Translations under genes and position numbers: made by a program
The notes under the pieces: generated by a model
What the model was told of the DNA's origin: nothing
The model's input: the letters and a program-made list of their open reading frames with translations, nothing else
The model's database searches: none
Shown here: piece after piece, positions 59,695 through 64,000 of the stretch
Numbering within the stretch: the stretch's first letter is position 1
Layout of the letters: each line of letters begins with the position of its first letter
Source: a virus
Length of the DNA: 64,000 nt
Reading direction: 5' to 3' (one strand)
Virus record (IMG/VR): IMGVR_UViG_3300020165_001964

Positions 59695-59982
59695 ATGAAC
59701 CAAAAAGATAGAACAGAATTCGATTTAATCCACAATAAGATTGACCACATTACGCAATCTATTGAGGATATGAAGACAGAAATGGATAAGGCACATCAAG
59801 AAGTGTCCACAGATATCAAATTTGTGAAAGAGAATCTATTTAATCCACATGAGGGTTTATGGGCAGAAACGAAACAAAACACCCAATTCAGGCAAGATAC
59901 AAAGAAATGGCGTGGAGTTATCGGAACAGGTTTCGTAGGGTTATTAATAAAACATATAGTTGATATGTTTAAATTATCTTAA
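59695..59982 (+). CDS. Coiled-coil protein with C-terminal TM (XhlA/holin-like architecture)
   Basis: Heptad repeats followed by GVIGTGFVGLLI. Confidence 0.5.
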   Translation: MNQKDRTEFDLIHNKIDHITQSIEDMKTEMDKAHQEVSTDIKFVKENLFNPHEGLWAETKQNTQFRQDTKKWRGVIGTGFVGLLIKHIVDMFKLS

Positions 59983-60018
59983 ATAACTAAAATAAATCAA
60001 AATAATTCAAAAAAACAC

Positions 60019-60048
60019 TTGACTCGTATCGGCTTTTTGCCCTATATT
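60019..60048 (+). promoter_or_regulatory. Sigma70-like early promoter
   Basis: TTGACT-N18-TATATT. Confidence 0.78.
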
Positions 60049-60071
60049 ATAGTATGATAAAAGGGGATAAC

Positions 60072-60233
60072 ATGAAGAACTTAGTAATAAACGCGTTTGG
60101 TGATTTAGTTGAGAGAACTGATTATGGTAATCACAAGAATCAATTAAATCTATTTGATAATCTCAATGAGATAGTTGAAGAGAACGAAACTGCTAATGAT
60201 ATTTTAGATTTTTTATTCAATAGAAAAAAATAA
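60072..60233 (+). CDS. 53-aa early protein with QLNLF and LDFLF motifs, not in the ORF track
   Basis: Own promoter and AGGGG RBS; MKNLVINAFGDLVERTDYGNHKNQLNLFDNLNEIVEENETANDILDFLFNRKK. Confidence 0.7.
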   Translation: MKNLVINAFGDLVERTDYGNHKNQLNLFDNLNEIVEENETANDILDFLFNRKK

Positions 60234-60243
60234 AAAAAAACAC

Positions 60244-60273
60244 TTGACTTATATAGGAAAAAAGCCGTATATT
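60244..60273 (+). promoter_or_regulatory. Sigma70-like early promoter
   Basis: TTGACT-N18-TATATT. Confidence 0.78.
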
Positions 60274-60313
60274 TAGGTATAAGTTAAAGAAAGAAAATAA
60301 AGGAAAGAAAAAA

Positions 60314-60565
60314 ATGGATGAACTAAGATTAACAGACCACTTCGTTGAGAGATTCAACGAGAGATATTTCGGTGGTTATCAAATCGCTGATAAGAATCTA
60401 CTAAAGAGATATATGGAAAAGGTTATGAAACCTTACCAGTTCAGACATCTTCTAAGGAGAATGAGGTTTAATGACCCACAATACATTCACTTTGGAACTG
60501 GACACTACTTGGTTGTGAGAAACAACGCAGTGATAACAATCTATAACAGAAACGGACAATACTAA
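60314..60565 (+). CDS. Hypothetical early protein, possibly RelE/DUF4258-like fold
   Basis: LTDHFVERFNER..VITIY. Confidence 0.55.
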   Translation: MDELRLTDHFVERFNERYFGGYQIADKNLLKRYMEKVMKPYQFRHLLRRMRFNDPQYIHFGTGHYLVVRNNAVITIYNRNGQY

Positions 60566-60789
60566 TGGCTAAGGATGCAACTCGATTTTTTGTAAATGTA
60601 AGTTTGGAGATATATGTACCAGACCAAGGTTTTGGTGAAAAAGCCAACACAAACGAGTGGAAAGATGCTGAATGGTTCGCTAATGAGATATGTTCACAGA
60701 TACCAAAAGCTATCAACAAGAACTTTGAGTATTCTGAAAGACCATACTCAGTAAATTGGGCCCATAAGGGTAAAGTTGAGAGAGGCTAA
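60565..60789 (+). CDS. Hypothetical protein
   Basis: Coupled ORF. Confidence 0.6.
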   Translation: MAKDATRFFVNVSLEIYVPDQGFGEKANTNEWKDAEWFANEICSQIPKAINKNFEYSERPYSVNWAHKGKVERG

Positions 60790-60808
60790 AAATACTTGAA
60801 AAAAGTAC

Positions 60809-60838
60809 TTGACAATTATAGTAAAAAAGCCTTATATT
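60809..60838 (+). promoter_or_regulatory. Sigma70-like early promoter
   Basis: TTGACA-N18-TATATT. Confidence 0.78.
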
Positions 60839-60872
60839 ACTATATGATTTTTAATAAGAATAGGAGTGTTTC

Positions 60873-61070
60873 ATGAAGAAACTAAAAACAACAGTCAAGA
60901 AATCCAATAAGAAGAGGGTTTCAAAAAATGATATCGGATATGGAGTCAAAGTTAAGGCTCTTGAAGATATGGGGTTGAAGAATTCAGAGTTTGATACTTT
61001 GAATGATATGTTCGGTAATCCAGTCGAAGAGTTCGAGGATTTAATGGATGATGTTTTCGATGTTGGATAA
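60873..61070 (+). CDS. Small basic-then-acidic hypothetical protein
   Basis: AGGAG RBS after the promoter. Confidence 0.65.
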   Translation: MKKLKTTVKKSNKKRVSKNDIGYGVKVKALEDMGLKNSEFDTLNDMFGNPVEEFEDLMDDVFDVG

Positions 61071-61233
61071 TCCATTCCCAACAAATGACCCGTTGTGGAT
61101 AACTGCACAGCATATGAGTCCAGATATGATGTTGTTAATTATTGATATGGTAGAGGAATGGATTGTAGAATCCAAACCAGATATCACATTGATGGATGCA
61201 TGTTTTATAACCAATAATTTTGGAGTTGCGTGA
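61048..61233 (+). CDS. Hypothetical protein (start uncertain)
   Basis: ORF fills the gap between its neighbours. Confidence 0.5.
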   Translation: MMFSMLDNPFPTNDPLWITAQHMSPDMMLLIIDMVEEWIVESKPDITLMDACFITNNFGVA

Positions 61234-61445
61234 TGAAAGAAATATTAGAACTGATTAACGAGATAGAATGTGAGTTAGATGATTCAGTAAATTCTCTACC
61301 TGAGTACTCAAGTACTACAGATAGTAGGAGTTACATAGATGGTGCTCGTAATACACTATATGTGTTGAAAGAAAAAGTGGAAGAGGTTATAGAGAAGGCA
61401 AATGCTTTCGAAAAAGGTTTAGATTTGTATAATAGGAAGAATTAG
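61230..61445 (+). CDS. Hypothetical protein
   Basis: Coupled ORF. Confidence 0.6.
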   Translation: MMKEILELINEIECELDDSVNSLPEYSSTTDSRSYIDGARNTLYVLKEKVEEVIEKANAFEKGLDLYNRKN

Positions 61446-61447
61446 AT

Positions 61448-61951
61448 ATGAGTTATGTAGATTATCCAGAAAAACTGAATAAGGTTAAACGACAACTTAA
61501 CCACATACTGAACGACCATAGATACTATCAACCAGATAATTCAAGAGAGTTCACTATCAGTATGTACAATGCGTTTGGTAAAAGAAAAATAACTGCCAAA
61601 ATGCAAATCAGTATGGATAAGATTGTTGCCCAATATGTGAAGTGGCAAGAGAGTGAGAACAAGTTGGATAAGTATGAGAAGTTGGAGAGAATCGAAGATG
61701 GTACTTACAAGATTAATCTCATCAGAACTCTATTGAGTGGATGTGATTACCAACCTGGTTATGTAGTTAGAAGTAATGAATTTTTAGGTAGTGTAGAGAA
61801 ACAATTGCGTTTCAATGGTACACTATCAGTTAAACAAAGAAAGGCAATGAATCAAATGTACAAACGATTCAAAGCAAGGTGTGAATCTCGTGGGATACAT
61901 AATGTTCGTATCGAGATGAAAGACGAAAAGAAAGTAAGGAGTTCTAAATGA
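61448..61951 (+). CDS. Hypothetical protein
   Basis: 167-aa ORF with LSVKQ..MY motif. Confidence 0.6.
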   Translation: MSYVDYPEKLNKVKRQLNHILNDHRYYQPDNSREFTISMYNAFGKRKITAKMQISMDKIVAQYVKWQESENKLDKYEKLERIEDGTYKINLIRTLLSGCDYQPGYVVRSNEFLGSVEKQLRFNGTLSVKQRKAMNQMYKRFKARCESRGIHNVRIEMKDEKKVRSSK

Positions 61952-63420
61952 ACGAAAACAAGACAGCACTTGGTAGGTTGTCAAACCAACAATATGAGTT
62001 GAATGTTGGTGGACTAACTATCCGAGAAAGATTGAATGTAGGTAGTTTCGGATTGAAACTACGAAAGAAAGTAAGTGAAGTAGGGGTAACTCTATATAAC
62101 TTCTTGATAGGTGAATCAGAAAAAGTGGATGGTGCCACATTTCTGAATATCAGTAACCACTTGAAAGTACCTAAGAGGTTTCAAAGAAAGTTCGTAAAAG
62201 ATGTATCTGGTCAACAGAGTATCATGTGTGCGATACTTGATGGAACACTTCAGAATCCACTATATCTGTGGTTGAGGGAAACTCTAAATGTACTTGAAAT
62301 CATTGATGGACAACAGAGATGGATAACTTGTAAAAACTTCTTGAGTAACAAGTTCTCTCTTGGTTCAGGTGTGATAGTTCAAGGATTGAATGGACAGTAT
62401 GTTGACCTAAGTGGATTGACATACCAACAGATAGTTGATGAACTACCTAATGGTGATATATTGTGGGATACCTTGATGGAGAAACTACAATTACCTGTTG
62501 TGATTGTGGATGGTACTGAATCACAAGTTCGTCAATTGTTCATTAAGTTGAATAGTGGTTCTACTGGTCTAAACAAGATTGAGATACTATTGGCTGAAGA
62601 AAGTGATACATACGATTGGGTTCGTGGAATGAATGACGAGTATGATTGGGATAGTAGAGGTATTGGTACATTGAGATATACCGCTTCAGAACAAATACTC
62701 AAGTGGTTCTATATCTTCCTACATGGTCCAAATAAGGTAAATCTACCTAAGATGAGAACATTGGTAGGGGAAAAGATTCCAAGTGGATTCAAGACTATCA
62801 TCAAACAAGTTGGTGAGATGATAGAGAGTATACCAGATAAGTGTGGTAAGAGTGAGTTCGGATTGGGTAAGGTTCGTGCCTTCGTATGGTTCATGATTGA
62901 CCTATCCAAACTATACAATGTGAAGATAACAGATAACAAGAAGTTCTTCGAGTTCGTAAACAAGATGTTCCATGATGTAACCACGAAAATGGGAACTATG
63001 GATAAGGGTACTGGTAAGAAAGTATATAAGTTCCTTGACCTTCTAAGATTTGATGATTCAGAAACTATCACTGCGGTGACCAATGAATTGAATCACTACT
63101 TCGATATGAAGTTGGGTGAGTTGGATGGTGAGTTCACAAAGTTCAATGATGAGTATGGTGTTCAGTTGAGACAGGTGGATAGGAATGTGAACAAACAACA
63201 GAGGTTCGAAGTACTATTGAACCAAGATTGTAAGTGTCCTATATGTGGAGAGACAGTTCACCTACAAGATGATGCTCATCACATCGAAGAGTATCAGTAT
63301 GGTGGAGAAAATTCAGTAGAGAATATTGTGATACTACATAATGAGTGTCATAAGAAAGTACACCATGATGATGAGGTTTCTCTAAATGAGGAACCTATCG
63401 AAGAGGACGAGGATGCGTAA
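61948..63420 (+). CDS. DUF262 (GmrS/ParB-like) domain fused to a C-terminal HNH nuclease
   Basis: FQRKFV, IIDGQQR and FIKLNSG; CPICG..DAHHI..GG..N..LHNECH. Confidence 0.85.
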   Translation: MNENKTALGRLSNQQYELNVGGLTIRERLNVGSFGLKLRKKVSEVGVTLYNFLIGESEKVDGATFLNISNHLKVPKRFQRKFVKDVSGQQSIMCAILDGTLQNPLYLWLRETLNVLEIIDGQQRWITCKNFLSNKFSLGSGVIVQGLNGQYVDLSGLTYQQIVDELPNGDILWDTLMEKLQLPVVIVDGTESQVRQLFIKLNSGSTGLNKIEILLAEESDTYDWVRGMNDEYDWDSRGIGTLRYTASEQILKWFYIFLHGPNKVNLPKMRTLVGEKIPSGFKTIIKQVGEMIESIPDKCGKSEFGLGKVRAFVWFMIDLSKLYNVKITDNKKFFEFVNKMFHDVTTKMGTMDKGTGKKVYKFLDLLRFDDSETITAVTNELNHYFDMKLGELDGEFTKFNDEYGVQLRQVDRNVNKQQRFEVLLNQDCKCPICGETVHLQDDAHHIEEYQYGGENSVENIVILHNECHKKVHHDDEVSLNEEPIEEDEDA

Positions 63421-63616
63421 ACAAAGTACGACTCGCTTATTTTGAGAAAGTTGAATAAAGTTTAGACTTTTTTTCTTCATGTTATATATGTATATATGAA
63501 GACGGGATAATTCAACAAAGTTACGACTCGATAAGTTCATGGGATAATCTCTTCGAGATTACCCAAATCACATATCAAAATCGTGTAAATAGATTAGTTA
63601 AGTAAAAGGACAAGTT

Positions 63617-64000
63617 ATGAAAATCTTTTCAAGTAAATATTTTTTCTCTATAGTTCACATCATAGTGATGATGGTTGTGTTATTTGGTACGCAACTTCGC
63701 GGACAACACGATACTCGAATAACCGAGATAATTCCTTATAGATTGGTTCCGAGTATGACGGAGGGATATGGATGTTGGTTAGAGATAGAGTTCATTGGAT
63801 TAGGTGAGAAGATGCGTTCCGATGAAGAGTTATTAGATGCACTCAATAGATTAGTGGTGATGAAAGAGACAGGCGAGATAGGATTCCACGAGGAAGATTT
63901 TAAATGGAATGGGGTTACTTATATACTCGTGAAAATCCAAGTGCCATCCCCTTATAGTGTATTACCAAAGCAAACCATAATGGAAGTGGAGATTGAGGAT
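63617..64000 (+). CDS. Exported hypothetical protein, 3'-truncated by the window edge
   Basis: AGGA RBS and signal-like MKIFSSKYFFSIVHIIVMMVVLFG; frame open to the window end. Confidence 0.6.
   Translation, partial: MKIFSSKYFFSIVHIIVMMVVLFGTQLRGQHDTRITEIIPYRLVPSMTEGYGCWLEIEFIGLGEKMRSDEELLDALNRLVVMKETGEIGFHEEDFKWNGVTYILVKIQVPSPYSVLPKQTIMEVEIED

Noticed and set aside
289-63083. Minus-strand ORFs and short alternative-frame + ORFs in the track
   Set aside because: They overlap well-supported + strand genes and have no recognisable motifs; they are shadow ORFs.
1-64000. tRNA genes and stop-codon reassignment
   Set aside because: No cloverleaf with a T-loop consensus was noticed by eye, and genes translate full length in the standard code using all three stops.

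Overview
An AT-rich 64-kb piece of a large T4-like (myovirus-type) dsDNA phage genome, with essentially all genes on the + strand. Gene order: end of the tail module (tape measure, baseplate-type genes); thyX, a RimK-like ligase and a short PolA-like gene; a host-like pilin cassette; a ~410-nt structured non-coding region; a T4-like replication module (SSB, RecA/UvsX, 5'-3' exonuclease, helicase, class II RNR, PolB, clamp, clamp loader) that also holds a TonB-dependent receptor; a ~15-kb glycosylation/sulfation island; and small early genes behind TTGACW-N18-TATATT promoters. The best candidate for a new system sits between the two clamp-loader genes. It is a 754-aa protein with a putative circularly permuted ATP-grasp domain and three tandem Hint (intein-like) domains, separated only by the micro-peptides IPPK and KF and ending in SP. 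Its neighbours are a radical SAM enzyme, a GNAT, four 2OG-Fe(II) oxygenases and a sulfotransferase. Other highlights are the large ncRNA candidate, a pseudoknot before the TonB receptor, and a 53-aa early protein with two clamp-binding-like motifs. All calls come from reading motifs by eye; no database searches were run.
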